Shown piece after piece: positions 22,061 through 34,970 of a DNA stretch of 64,000 nucleotides; the stretch's first letter is position 1, and every line of letters begins with the position of its first letter. The notes under the pieces are model-generated. The model was not told the DNA's origin. It did not search any database and was given only the letters and a program-made list of their open reading frames with translations. Made by a program: the position numbers and the translations under genes. Origin of the DNA: Felis catus (taxonomy: Eukaryota); assembly GCF_018350175.1 (NCBI RefSeq), contig NC_058368.1:130016001-130080000 (forward strand), given 5' to 3'.

Positions 22061-25000
22061 TTTCAAAGAGAACTGTAGAGTCCTAGAAATTTCCAGTGGT
22101 GGTTTTGCTGCTTTTGTTGGTTTTTGTTTTTACCCTGGAGTCCTTAACCCACTACCAGCTTGCCTTTTCATTTACAAAAGGTTCTGCAATTTTATTTTAA
22201 CCTAGGGAGGTCATGCGGCTGAGCTATGGAAAAGGTATATTAAACCTGGTATGAGTTTTATCAACCTTTATAAGTTCTGAAAATCCATTATTGTTATGGC
22301 ATACCTGTCAGCCAACATCTATTTCTCTTTCCTTTTTTTTTTTTTCTTTCTTCCCCTCCACTTCCTCCTGTTTTTGAGAGGTATGTAGATCTTAGTGAAT
22401 GCCAGTATAACCTGAACTCACACACCACTGAACAGGAAGAAACCAAGACAAGCACTGCCTTCCTATTTCTCATTTGAGTTTGTAAGCTGTTTGCCAAGAG
22501 ACAAAAAAAAAAAAAAAAAATTTTTTTTTTTTTTACTTTACAAATGCTTTATCATGTTTGCTCTAGGCTTAAAAGGCAGAACCATTCCAGACTTTAAGGA
22601 GTTTTCTTTTAGTTTGGTTTAGGATGAGAAGCCCTTGTACGTTATCAGCTGGCAAAATGGGGAAAGAAAATGTAACAATCATTTCTGGAAATGTGAGGCT
22701 TTGATCTTGGTACCTCTATAAGACACTGACATCTGAAAGAGCAGTTTAAGGTCACCTTTTTCTCCTTAAGAAATGCACTCTGTCCTGATCACATCCAAAT
22801 TGTACAGATCCTGACGTCCCGTGAAGGGGTGTACAAACTGATCCATCTAGCCCTGGAAGTTTGAAGTTAATCCACAGCCAGTGCTGTTTTCTGAGTTGAG
22901 TGTTAGAGGCCTTGGGTGAATACCCTAATACCCAGGGCTGTAGCTACTAGTCTGAATTTCTCCATCTTTACTTTGGGGCAGTTGAATTCCTGGCCTGAGG
23001 GACTCCTTATGGTCTGAAGCACTTGGATAAAATTCAAAACTGAGACGCATTGGCTACATTTTCTCTTGAATTCTTTCTTACCGTAACAAGTAGAGTCCCC
23101 AATTAGCCAAAGATCTTAACAAGCAAGATTTGCTCCTGGTTCCAGCTAATGCCTGCAGCCAAAGCATTAGGGCCGCTGGAATTGATTCAGTCCAGTGTGC
23201 TTTGAAGAACTGTCTAATCCAGGGAGGAATGTATCGATGTCTGGTCATCCGGCCCTCTTTCCCTTCAAAATGAAGTATTGATTTTCATGCCACTTTAATT
23301 TCCCAGTAGGGCAGAAATGGAATGGAAGTAACTGCCAGAACAGGTATGAGTCCAGTGAGGCTTGGCACCTTTATATCTGTCTGGCACCGGGCACATGGTT
23401 TTAAATTTGGAAATTGGCTTTAGGACGAGAAGTCTGCCAGTTGGGGATTTTTATTGCCAGGGGTTAGAGAAGAAAAGGCTGGAGATGAGACTGTGAGTAG
23501 ACCTTGAAGTGAGCTCTTCATTTTTCTCAGTAGCTTGAACCGGAAGCAAGATCACTGTCTCATTTCAGAAGGGGCAGGCCATTCTCCCAGGGCTCTCCAG
23601 GCTGGCCCAGAGTGACTCCCCTCCCCACCCCTCCTTTTTAGTGAACTCTGCAATTTAAGCAGTAATCCAGAAGAGCAACACTTTTTGATGGACAGGAAGT
23701 TGTAGCTCATAACCACATACACCGAGCGCAGAAGTGTATTGACAGCCAGCCAGAGCAAGAAAGTCTATTGACAGATCTGGACGTAATCACAAACGAAGCA
23801 TGAGCTCTGTTTAGGCAAGGCAGGCCGCTTGGTTTGTTTCTTTTTTGGATTGAAAGGCGCATACCTCGTGCCGTCTCAGGCAGTGAAATCAATACCATGA
23901 AATGGCCTTTTCCTTTCAGCCTGGTGGGTTCTTTACTCCTGCACAACGCATTGAGAAATGCTGAACCAGGTGAGCAATAGTAAGTTTCCTGTCTGCTAAT
24001 TCTAGTAGTTTCTAACATCTGTGACATATTTTATAATACTTACAAGATAAGCCTGCTGAAGGCAACTCACAGTATGGAAATAGGGAAACCCAAACTTACT
24101 GAAGTAATAGATTAGGGAACTGATTATTTTAACAGGCTTTTATACTTATAAAAGCTCCTCTTTGCAGATACCATTCCTCATAGATAGATTTATAGGAAGC
24201 AGGTGGGCTATTTATTATTTTTTAAAATTTTTTTTTCCTTTAGTCACAGAATTTAGAGCTGGAAGGGAATCAGGAAGACATGACCTATCTTAACCTTACT
24301 ATTTCACAGATGAAGAAATGGGCCCAGAAGTTGAGGCATACAGCCTTGGGTCCCTGGTGTCTCTTCCGATGTACTTTCAATTATATATTTAAAAAATAAT
24401 AATAATAATAAGTGGTTGCCCAGGTTTACGCTGTACATTTTTAACCTAAGCCTACCTTCATATAACACTATTCTTCATGTGTAGTGTGTATAGTATAGAT
24501 ACCTTGGAGCAAAGTATTCCCAACCCCTCCCCCATCCCTTCCGATGTTGCTATTACTTGTTTAACTCAATCCCGATGCTATAATCACCCATACACTGATA
24601 TTATTAGTTACCTTATAGGTCAATTAAGAATTTTAAAAATCAGAGATTTGATTTTATCTTTGTTTCTTCTCCAGCCCCCATCCTTTCTTCATGTAGACCC
24701 AAATTTCTGATGTATGTGATTTTTCTTTTAACATTTTTTTTTTTTTTTTGCAGGGTATAGGTCTTTAGGTGATGAATTCCCTCAGTTTGTCCCTCAGACA
24801 AGTTTTTGCTTGTCTTAGCATCTTTAAATTTTGAAGGATATTCTGCTGCATGTAGGATTCTAAGTTGGTGGGGGTTTTTCTTTCAATTTTTTAAATATTT
24901 CACTTCATTGCCACCTTGCTTCCATGGTTTCTGAAGAGAATCCCACTGTTCTCTTTATTCTTTATATGGGGATTCTTCTATAAGTAAAATGGTTTCCCCT

Positions 25001-25099
25001 CCCTCCTTCCCTCTGACTTCAAGATGTTTTTGTCTTTAGTTTTCTGTAGGTTGAATATGATACTCCTGGATGTCTTTTTAGTTTCTAGCATTTACTTTT

Positions 25100-25321
25100 T
25101 TTTTTTTTATTTTTTTTTCAACGTTTATTTATTTTTGGGACAGAGAGAGACAGAGCATGAACGGGGGAGGGGCAGAGAGAGAGGGAGACACAGAATCAGA
25201 AACAGGCTCCAGGCTCTGAGCCGTCAGCCCAGAGCCTGACGCGGGGCTCGAACTCACGGACCGCGAGATCGTGACCTGGCTGAAGTCGGATGCTTAACCG
25301 ACTGCACCACCCAGGCGCCCC
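25100..25321 (-). mobile_element. Young Can-SINE (SINEC_Fc)
   Basis: TSD tctagcatttactttt at 25084 and 25322. Confidence 0.95.
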
Positions 25322-25349
25322 TCTAGCATTTACTTTTGATTCTTTCTCT

Positions 25350-25554
25350 TTTTATAAGAAAGTTTGTTTATTTTTGAGAGAAAGAGAGTGGGGGAGGGAC
25401 AGAGAGAGGGAGAGAGAGAGAATCCCAGGTAGGCTCCATGCTGACAGGGCAGATCCTGGAGCAAGGCTCAAATCCACGAACCATGAGATCGTGACCTGAG
25501 CTGAAATCAAGAGTTGGATACTTAACCAACGGAGCCAGCCCACCCAGGTGCCCC
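25350..25554 (-). mobile_element. Can-SINE (older)
   Basis: Tail, GA tract and head ending ccaggtgcccc. Confidence 0.9.
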
Positions 25555-27219
25555 ATTTTTTATTCTTTCTTAGAATTTCCATCTGTCTGCTTAAATTACC
25601 CATCTACTTTTTGGCTGCTTTTTCCTTTGGAGCCTTCAACATGTTAATGATTGTCATTTTAAGTTTCTTGTCTGAGAATTCTGTGTCTCATAGGAGTCTC
25701 ATTTTGATACTTGCTTGAGATGTTCTCTAATTTTTTACTGGATCACAGAACTTGATCTGTGGGTTTTGTTTGCTTTTTAGCACGCTTTGTAATTTTTTAC
25801 TGAAAGCTGGACCTACTGTATTAAGTAATAGGAACTAAGATAAACATTTGTCTGGTGTGACCATCTGTGTTCATCTAAGAGTTAGGCTATGATTACTGTG
25901 TGCTGTAGCTCTTGATGTCCAAGGCTTCACATTCTGGGGTTCTTATTTCCTTCCTTCGGACTTCCCTAAGTACTCCTCTGTACAGAGAGCCTGTGTCTTG
26001 CAGCAATCCGCCATTATACTGGAGCCCTCTTGGTGTGTGTGGTTCTCAGGTGTGTGGAGAGAGTTTCTTTAATCTTAGGATTAAACCTCAAGTCTCTTAG
26101 TGAGCTTGAGTCTCTGGCCTGCGACCTGTGCTTGTGTTTCTTCTTCTTCTATAGCTTCCCCATCCCTCTGAGGTGACAGACAGGAAGGTGAGAAGGTGCT
26201 GGAGTGAGAGGAATGCCATTCTCTCAGGACCTCAGGGCGAAGCCTTGTTGTAAAGTCTCTCCCCAACCCCCCTCACCCCCGGACCCCCCTGCAGGAGTAG
26301 ACTCTGCTGAGTCCAAGAAAAGTCACTGCTTTTCAGTTTGTCTAGTGTCTTGCTGTAAGGACCTGAGTGATGACTTCTGAGCCCTTTATGTGGTGGGGCT
26401 GGAGCACCTGGTCCAGTGTACTCACCATACACCCTTCTGTTATATAAATATAAAGGACGAACGTTAGGACAAGCAAAATTCCCCAGAAGACTAGCAACTT
26501 TGTCCCTGAAATAATTCAGAAATAGCAGTTGAAAAGCTGGTAAAACACCAGAGAAAGCTTTGAGCAAATTACATGTCCGTTGCTTTTTAATAAAGCGACT
26601 TTCTTCCTCGTCATAAAAGCAATGTGTGCTCATGGTAAACAGTTGAAAATACACTGAGGTATATGGAAGGAAATAGCAATTGCCTATCATCTTACTCCCT
26701 AGAGATAAGCAGTTGTCATTTTGCTGTATTTTCTCTTCACTGTGTGTGGATAGAAACACATGCCCCCAAATTGGGATCATATCAGTGTCCTTTTGTTAAT
26801 CTGCTGCCCTTTTAATTAGGAAGTGCTCTATTTAACCATTTTCTCCTCATTTAAATATTCTTTAAAAATACATATTTAGTGTCTGCATAAAAAATTCACT
26901 ATAAGGATGTATCAAAATTTGATTATCTGAACCTAGTACTGTGGTGAGTATCATTCACAAATTCTTGTGTACATGTCTTAAAATTTCCTTACAATTATGA
27001 AAAAACAGAATTACTAAAGGAAGAACTATTGACATGGAGGAAATACTAACATTCTTGCACTTTTGATATAGGCCGATTGCTCTTGGGTGGTAAAGGTTTT
27101 CTCACCTGCAGTTAGCACCACGGGGATGCTACCTTTGATCGCTCCTCTGACGGTGTCAGCGCAGAATATCTTCTGACATTTAAGTATGATATTCCGAGAA
27201 ATAGAGTACACAGGGAAGA

Positions 27220-27365
27220 AGGTGAGCTTTCCAAAAATCAGACAGCCTGGGTGAGTCTCTGATTATCTACAACTTAAGTAATTTAACTCGCCTGAGCTTC
27301 TTAATTTCTCTCATTTGTAAAATGGGAATAATTGCTTCCTTTCCAGGTGGTCGTGAAAATTAAAT
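27220..27365 (+). mobile_element. MIR
   Basis: tcagacagcctgggt...aagtaatttaactcgcctgagc...tctctcatttgtaaaatgggaataat. Confidence 0.75.
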
Positions 27366-27377
27366 ATTCATCCAGCT

Positions 27378-28450
27378 TTCATTGAACAAATAATTGAGTG
27401 CCTGCATATGACGTATGCTGGGTGCTAAGGATACAATGATAAAAACACATAAGCCTGGTCTTGTTTTGAATTTTCAGTCTACTGGGAAGACATCTATCAA
27501 ATAAGCCCGCAAAGAAATGTAACAGTGGAACTGTGGCCTTGAACTCTAAGAGCATCCCATAGGTGGATCCGACCTCAGGAGTTACGGAAGGCTGGGCCAC
27601 TCTGTGAAGGTGATGATGAAGGGGCGGCGTGAAGAATGTGGAGGTTACGTGGCATGGCGTGTAGGATGACAGTGAGTGTTCTTGTCAGAGGAGCAACATA
27701 GGAAAAGGCTCCTTGGCAGCATGAAGGAGGGAGTGCATGGAAAGGCCCGCGTGGCAGGAGTGGATCTGTCTCCCTTTTGGTCTCGTTGGTCAAGTTCAGA
27801 TGCTGTCATTATTCTAAGAACAATAGGAATTTCAGGGAGAGTGGAAGGGTAACAAGAACAGATTTGCAATTTTCAAGTCCGGAATCCTGAACGCTGCCAG
27901 AGTGCCACACATGGGGGGCGGTGGGGTCGGAGGGAGTTGACAAGTGACTGCAGAAATTATGGCTAGTCTAGGGGAGAGATGATGGTGGCTTGAATGAAAG
28001 TGGTACTGAAATAAGTTTCTAGCCCCAAGATGGAGGCGCTTCTGCCTGCGGTGCTTAATCAGCAAGCTTTCATGAATGTTCCTGTACATGCTCTGCTTGA
28101 TCAGACACAGTATATCAACTCAGCCAGTGGCTGGACACCAAGCCAACTCGGGGCTCTATGCCTACTTCCTTGTTCCTTCTTCAATTTCTGTTTTTTCTCT
28201 TCCATGTTCCTTATTTATTATCCTGTAAACGCTTCCTGCCTTCCACCCCATTTTGCAGTTCTCTGTACCTGGAAAGGGAGAGTGCCCCCCTCTGGAACTT
28301 GAATGCTTCATATTAAATAAAGTTTTTCTCTGTCACCTAAATTGTCTTCTCTAATCATTTTTCACAATGGTAATGGTCAAAGGAGAGGGAAGTGAGTAAT
28401 TAGATAAATATTTAAGGGCTGATATGAGTAGGAATTGATGAACTCAGATG
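27378..28450 (-). mobile_element. L2 relic interrupted by an LTR-like insert
   Basis: ttcattgaacaaataattgagtgcct...gctgggtgctaaggatacaatg...; gagagatgatggtggcttg... continues after 28366. Confidence 0.65.
28007..28366 (+). mobile_element. Putative solo LTR (family not identified)
   Basis: A 360-bp insert in the L2 that starts TG, ends CA and has AATAAA about 45 nt before its end. Confidence 0.45.
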
Positions 28451-29254
28451 GAGACTAAGCTCTCTGGTGCGCGGCTCTCCCCAGCGATGTTGCGCGGCTT
28501 CCCTGCAGCCACTGAGGCGAGTTTGGCGCAAGGATGCTCTGATTTCGGGCCACGTGATGCACAGTGAATCCTAAGATGGATAAGAAGGAAGTGAAGATAG
28601 GGGAAGGCCAGGGAGAAGTGAAGAGGGGATTCGACGGACTGCAGTGAAAACAGTGGCGGCTGGAGAGGTCAATAAGCAACTCGGAAGGACGGGCAGGTGG
28701 AGGCAGTGAGAGAGGCACTGAGATTCCTGCTTCAGAAGGAGGAGCATGTTAGGGATGAAAGCATCTTTGTGGGACCAGGGAGGACAGTTGTACCTGCTTC
28801 TGTTAGGCATTCCTCTCCTCCTACCCTCTGCAGGAGGTCAGAGAAAAACGTTTGTTTGTTTGTTTGCTTGTTTTCACTTCACAAAAGGGAGGAGTAATAT
28901 TCTGGAAAAGTTTGTGCTTGGTGCATGGTGGGTGCTCTACACGCAAGCGGGTCCTCTTCGGACTGTGGGCTCTCATCGCTGAGCTGTCTCCTGGGCCTGT
29001 GCTCTCAAGTTACTTTAGAGCTTCCTGAAACCAGGCTTAGAAACGCCTGTGAACTTTATGATGTATAGTGTTCTGGCAAGATTTCTGTGGTGTGGTTTAG
29101 ATAACATGCTGTAATTAAAGTCCTTCTCTGGGACCCCATCTCTTGTGTTTAAGTCCTATCCTGATCACTGTTTGGTCTATATCCATCCACCTGTTCTGAA
29201 ATACAGCCATTCTGTCAAGTGAGATGAAGAAGTTGTAACATCCCAAGAGATGGT

Positions 29255-29648
29255 ATATATCACTTTGTCAGCGCTGCCAGAGCAAAACCCCAGAACTGGG
29301 GGACTTCAGTCGATAGCAGGTGGTTCTCTCACAGTTCTGGAAGCTAGAGGTCCAAAACTGAAGAGTCGGTGTGGTAGGTTTCCTTCTGAAGCCTGTAGGG
29401 AGGAGTCCTTCCCTGCCTCCTCTACCTTCTGTTTGCTGCATGCTTGGTGTTCCTTGTCTTATAGATGGGTCGCTCCAATCTCTGCCTCTGTCATCACCTG
29501 GGTGCCTCCTCCCCCTGTGCCTCTTTCCTCTGAGGAGGAAACCAGTCATCTGCAATGACCCCGTTTTCAAATAAGACTATATTCTGAGGTACTTGGGGTT
29601 AGAACTTCAGTTCCTTTTTCGGCGGGGAGACATAATTCAACCTGTAAC
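29255..29648 (-). mobile_element. MLT1C/B-like MaLR LTR
   Basis: ttctctcacagttctggaagctagaggtccaaa...ctccaatctctgcctctgtcatcac...attctgaggtacttggggttagaacttca...aattcaacc. Confidence 0.85.
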
Positions 29649-30352
29649 GGATGAGTGGAAAAGAACTCACTTTAAATATTCCTGTGTTCATACTGTCCTG
29701 ATGATGTGTCTAGAAACTATAAGCCCTACTTTAGTGCGTGGAATTGCTACTCGCAAAATAAAGCCAAGTTCTGAATGCACTCACGAAGCGTAGAGTGAGT
29801 TCTGGCTCGTTTTCAGGGCTAAATCTCTGTAAGCAGGAGTGCCTGGCTGCTGTGGCAGTGGGGAGTCTAAGTGATGAGGTGATCAGAGCCCCTCGGTAGT
29901 CATCAAGCTTTGTGCCAGGGAGTTGAGTGTTCGAGGCTCATTTACTAATCTTGCTTCAAAGTGCTTGCTTGGAAGTATATGTAATTCACTGCCAAATCTT
30001 AAAGATATCCCTTGGTTTCCATCTTATTTTTTAGTTAGGTTAAATAACGAGTAGGAACGATAGATATTTGTGCCTTTTCCCAAAGTACTGCTGTTGCACA
30101 GAAGGACTGGGCTTCAGTGAGTCTAAGGAGAATGCAAAATGAAGTGCAATAAACAAAATCCACTTCAGCCCTATTTTAGTTCACTTTAAGATGATAATGG
30201 AATTCAGGCTGTGCTCCATTCTTCATCTGGTCTCCAGGAAACACAACAACAACATTCAATTTGGCTGCTTTTTGAGTTGTGTACTGGAAGAAACGTGGAC
30301 TTTGGAATCAGATCTGAATTGGATTCCAGGTTCCAAATGTTGGTTTTCCTAC

Positions 30353-31050
30353 CATGACAGGGAGAACAGTGGCCCCCAAAACATGTCTGTCCCCTAATCC
30401 CTGGAAACTGCGCATGTGTTAATTTACATAGTAAGAGAGATTTTGCAGATGTGATGGAAGTTTCACACCTTGAGACCTGAGAGTGCCATGTAGTATTCAG
30501 ATAGGCCCACAATAGTTAGTGAGTCCTTAAAAGCAGAGGTGCTTTCCCAGCTGTGGTAGGAGATGTAATGAAGGAAAAAGGGTCAGAGATGTTGGCTTTA
30601 AAGTTGGAAAATGGGGGGTGCCTGGGTGGCTCAGTCGGTTAAGCATCTGACTTCAGCTCAGGTCACGATCTCGCGGTCCTTGAGTTTGAGCCCCGCGTCA
30701 GGCTCTGGGCTGATGGCTCGGAGCCTGGAGCCTGTTTCCGATTCTGTGTCTCCCTCTCTCTCTGCCCCTCCCCCGTTCATGCTCTGTCTCTCTCTGTTGC
30801 AAAAATAAATAAAAACATTAAAAAAATTAAAAAAAAAAATAAAGTTGGAAAATGGGATCATGTACTGAGGAATGCAGGTGGCCTCTGGAAGCTGCACATG
30901 AAAGAAAATACATTCTGTCCTAGAGCCCCTTAGAAGGAACAGATTCTGTCCTTGAGTCCCCTAGGGCCAATGCCTTGATTTCAGGACTTCTGACTTCTAG
31001 AACCTAAAGATCATGTGGTGTTTTGTAAAGCAGCCATAGGAAACCAATAC
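30353..31050 (+). mobile_element. MLT1D-like MaLR LTR (contains a SINE)
   Basis: ggcccccaaa...tccctaatccctggaaac...gagattttgcagatgtgat...aggaatgcaggtggcctctggaagctg...gcagccataggaaaccaataca. Confidence 0.85.
30615..30840 (+). mobile_element. Young Can-SINE (SINEC_Fc)
   Basis: TSD aaagttggaaaatgg at 30600 and 30841. Confidence 0.95.
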
Positions 31051-31309
31051 ACCCACTTACTGTATGACTTTCTGAGTCTTGGTTTTCTCATCCATAAACG
31101 ATAATATAATAATACTAATCTTGTGTGGTTTATTTGTAGATCTGCTGAGGTGATATATGATCAAATCCATTGTTAATCACTTCATGACTTAGGAGTCCAG
31201 TCCTGAGGAGTCTGACAATTTTCTCGTTTTCTACTTAACTCCAGTTTGGGCCCAGCTGCCATCACATGAGTGGCTGTATCATGTTCCATGGTCTGTGCAC
31301 ATCACCACA

Positions 31310-31835
31310 GGGTGATGTGTGGTTCAGGAGCATCAGCGTCATCTGGGAGCTTGTTAGAATTACCGAACTTCAGGCCTCACACCAGATCCATGGGGTCAGA
31401 ATCTGTATTTTTTTTTTTAATTTTTTTTTCAACGTTTATTTATTTTTGGGACAGAGAGAGACAGAGCATGAATGGGGGAGGGGCAGAGAGAGAGGGAGAC
31501 ACAGAAACGGAAACAGGCTCCAGGCTCTGAGCCATCAGCCCAGAGCCTGACGCGGGGCTCGAACCCACGGGCCGCGAGATTGTGACCTGGCTGAAGTCGG
31601 ATGCTTAACCGACTGCACCACCCAGGCACCTCAGAATCTGTATTTTTTAACAAGATCCCCAGGTGATTCATATGCACTTTAAAGTTTGAGGGATACCAGA
31701 CTGGTGGTTCTCAAACGTCCTAGATGCCAACAGAACACATGCCTGGGCCCAGAATTTATGGGGGTGGTGCTTCACTATCTGTATTTTTAATATGCTTTCC
31801 AGTTATTTCTAATGCACGGAAGGTTATGACTACTG
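31310..31835. mobile_element. MER5A-like MITE(s), the first split by a SINE
   Basis: gcatcagcgtcatctgggagcttgttagaa...tcagaatctgtatttt[SINE]...aacaagatccccaggtgattcatatgcactttaaagtttgag; a second MER5-like copy follows. Confidence 0.75.
31412..31630 (-). mobile_element. Young Can-SINE (SINEC_Fc)
   Basis: TSD tcagaatctgtatttttt at 31396 and 31631. Confidence 0.95.
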
Positions 31836-33639
31836 GAATACTTACTTAGAAATGCACTTTAATACATGAGATTCAAATCGGAACTGTAAAATTTTGAATT
31901 AATACCTTTTTCTGAGGCAAACAGCCATGCTATGTAAGTATTGCTGAGTGCTACATTTTAAAAAGATATGTAAAAGAGAAAACATCACAGAACAGCAGAG
32001 ACACTTTCTCACTGTCCTGATGCCTATTCTAACTTTATCGTGTGCACTTAATTAGACTTCTTCCGTAAGACTCATCCAACTTTGCTTCACTTAGAGGGAG
32101 TATTTCTTAGATAACTCTATGACTGTGCAACTTTGGCATTTAAAAACTCTTGGCTGTTTTCTCTTTAGCAAGAGAGATCTAAAGACTTCTTACTATTATC
32201 AGAAGACAAGCAAATGTATTTGGCGAGCTTTCTTCATCGTAGGAGCACATGCACCCCTTCCTCCATAGACAAAAGCATAAGGAGGAAGCAGTTCCATTAG
32301 GGCAGCCCAGCCACACTTGCAGGTGGCCACGACCCCGAGCACAGAGTTGCTTTCCAAGAACCAAAACCAGCATGGCTTCTCTCCAGCACACCCAGGGCAG
32401 AAGAACCAGAGACAGCGTTCAGATTCAGACTCTTACCCGCAAGCTCCCAATCCAAACATCTGGATGAGGGCTATAGACAAGGGTCAAAATCGAGAATGAG
32501 GAGCTGAGCACAAACCAGGACACAAGGGCTGTGGGGTAGGAAGACAGTGACAAGCTGCCCACACAATTGCCACAAATAGCTCTGGGGAATTCGAGCTTCC
32601 ACTGTGAGAAGCAGAATGAACTGGGACCTACATCCAGCCAACGGGGGCCTCAAGAGAAAACTCACCACCGTAGCCAGCGAGGGCTCCGCAACCCAGTGCG
32701 CTGGCCACAAGAGCTTCTGACAACCACGCTCCCTCGAGGATGTCCCTGCTCTGGAAGTGGTCCTGTGGGGTCCCCCCAGGCCCAGCTCACCAGAAGCCTA
32801 ACAGCTGTGCCCACGGGCAAGCATCTATGGGAGAGTCTGGTAATGCAGGCCTGGGTGAGCCTTTCTGGGGTGGCCTCCTCCATGAACATAAAACCCTGTG
32901 ACAGCCTTTTTATGATCAGAAGTGACAATTTTCCATTTTTGTTAGAAGAAAAGTAACAAGACATACCTCCTTCCACGCTTCTTTCAGAGTCCTGACGTAT
33001 GTATATGATACCTATTCTTTCATTAGGGTTGCTGTTTCCCTCAATAAGCCACTTAAAGTGACCTGTAAGAAACCCCATGTGGTATGAAAATGAAGATATA
33101 ATCTGGTTTTACCACAGGCTGCAGGGGCTGACTGGACGCTTGACTGAGTTTTATTCTGTGCTACTGGCTGGCTGTGGCTCATGGCTAGTCAACTCAAAGT
33201 CTTCTCATGATGCAGGTTTGGGATATTTCTGCTATTCCTCTCTTTCCTTTCCCTTGTCTCTCATTTCTACCGCCCCTTCCCCTGTCTCTTCAGTCTTACA
33301 TGCCGACTCCAAAGTCACTCTTGTCTAATACCTGTAAATCATATCAAATTACACACCACCCCCTGTGTAACTTCCTGTACGATTCCAACAGGTGCTACCA
33401 GAACACCAGGCACCCCAGAGGTAGGGGTTGTCAGTGCCATGCGTTCCAGGGGAGAGAACCTTGGGCCAACACACCAGGGCTCTCATCACCCTAGAACCCA
33501 TTTTCGGAGCCTGTCCCTTGTTGGAGCACAAACTATATAAAAGTTAGACTCTTAAGTTTGAGAGCCACTGCCTAGGTGGTCCTCTTAAAGAATACCTTTC
33601 TTCACTCTAGGTCCATGATTATAACCCAGCAATGAACAA

Positions 33640-33800
33640 CAACAAAAATAATTATGACGGTGGTACTATTTAATTTGATTCTCACAATACCCTGAAGAGT
33701 GCAGTTTCCTCCATTTTCTGGGTGAGAAGATAGACTTAGAAAGGCCAAGCAGTCGGCCCCGGGTCACATGGTCACTGTTGTCCGTGGTGTTAACCAGGCT
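33640..33800 (-). mobile_element. MIR
   Basis: gattctcacaataccctgaag...ctccattttctgggtgagaaga...ggtcacatgg. Confidence 0.6.
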
Positions 33801-34769
33801 GCCCGACATCTGACGTGCCCTTCACCGTGTCGCACACCCCCTTTGCTCTCCATCCACGGTCTCTCTCCCCTGCCTCCCCAGACCCACCAGGCCACCATCC
33901 CTGTTTTCCTTCCTCTGCCACACAGCCTTCTCAAACTCTGCCCTGAGCTGTCCTTCCCCCGGCCTTCCCACACATCCTCTCCCAGGACGCCCATCCCTAC
34001 GCACATGTGCAGTCTCTCTCTAAGGTTGCGCGTGATCGCGGGTTGTCCGAAACAAAGTCTGGCCCACCAGAGCCCGCCCTGGCTGCTTCATGGGTCTGTA
34101 AGTTAGAAACTCCCAGCAACAGAGAAGCGCTTCTTTCTCCAGCTGCTGAGCCCACCCTTGCCAGCGTTCACACCACGGTGTGCGGGTGTACATGTGGCCC
34201 GCCAGGCCTGGGCTCTGGAGGGCCGCCAGCTCCGGCTGCCCGGCTTGTCTCTGCCCGCCGAGACTGTCTGCATTTCACCACTGTCCAGGCCCATGCCCAG
34301 CAGGGCACAATGCCAGAACTGTGCTTCCTTCCAACAGGTAAAGGATCCTGCTCAGGTCGCCCCGCATTCCCTTTGCACTTGCCAGGTCTGTGTGATTTAT
34401 GCAGATGGCCTGATCTGAGTTTGTTGGAAGCAGATGTTCGCATATGCAGAAAAACCCCTCGTGAGCAGTGACCTTCCTTGTCGAGCCAGGAAGGTCTGTT
34501 CTTTGACGGGAAAAAAATAAGACTGAGCAATTAAAAACGGTCAAGCCAAATTTCTGAAAAGCAATCATCTCGGGACCCAAGTCAGGTAGTCTCTTCTGAG
34601 ATCGCTGGGCCTCCTGTCCTGCTAAAGGCTGCTAATGTCATCCCCCTGGACCACGCGGGGACAGCCTGCAGGTGAGGTGCAGTGATGATGAGTGGCACAT
34701 TGGTTGAATCAGTTGGACCCTCTACAGACACAGCAGCAGCCCTCACGTCCAGAGACTAGCCTTGTTCAG

Positions 34770-34970
34770 TGAGTAATTATGGCCCCGCACTTAATGTGTG
34801 CCTCTGTGCCAGAGACAATCCTAAAGTGCTTTGTATGTATTAACTTACTTACTTTTCATGAGACTACCCCCTCTGTAGAGAAGACATACAACTAGTTAAG
34901 TGATTCGCTCAAGGTCACACTGCAAGTGGCAAAGCAAAGCTCTGAAGCCAGGCTTCCAACTCCAGCATCC
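34770..34970 (-). mobile_element. MIR
   Basis: tgtgccagagacaatcctaaagtgctttgtatgtattaactt...gttaagtgattcgctcaaggtcacac. Confidence 0.65.

Larger units (their letters stand above)
24420..26420 (-). mobile_element. Old L1M (L1MC/MD-like) 5'/ORF1 region with two SINE insertions
   Basis: T-rich antisense L1 sequence such as ttgaaggatattc...taggattctaagttgg and gcttccatggtttctgaagagaa. Confidence 0.65.
30290..31160 (+). mobile_element. MIR split by an MLT1D-like LTR
   Basis: MIR 5' part (tggactttggaatcagatctga..., about 30295-30345) and 3' part (tgtatgactttctgagtcttggttttctcatccataaa..., about 31055-31160). Confidence 0.65.

Noticed and set aside
26232..26780. 182-aa minus-strand ORF, the longest in the track
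   Set aside because: Spans old L1 fragments and unique DNA with no domain-like sequence; a chance ORF.
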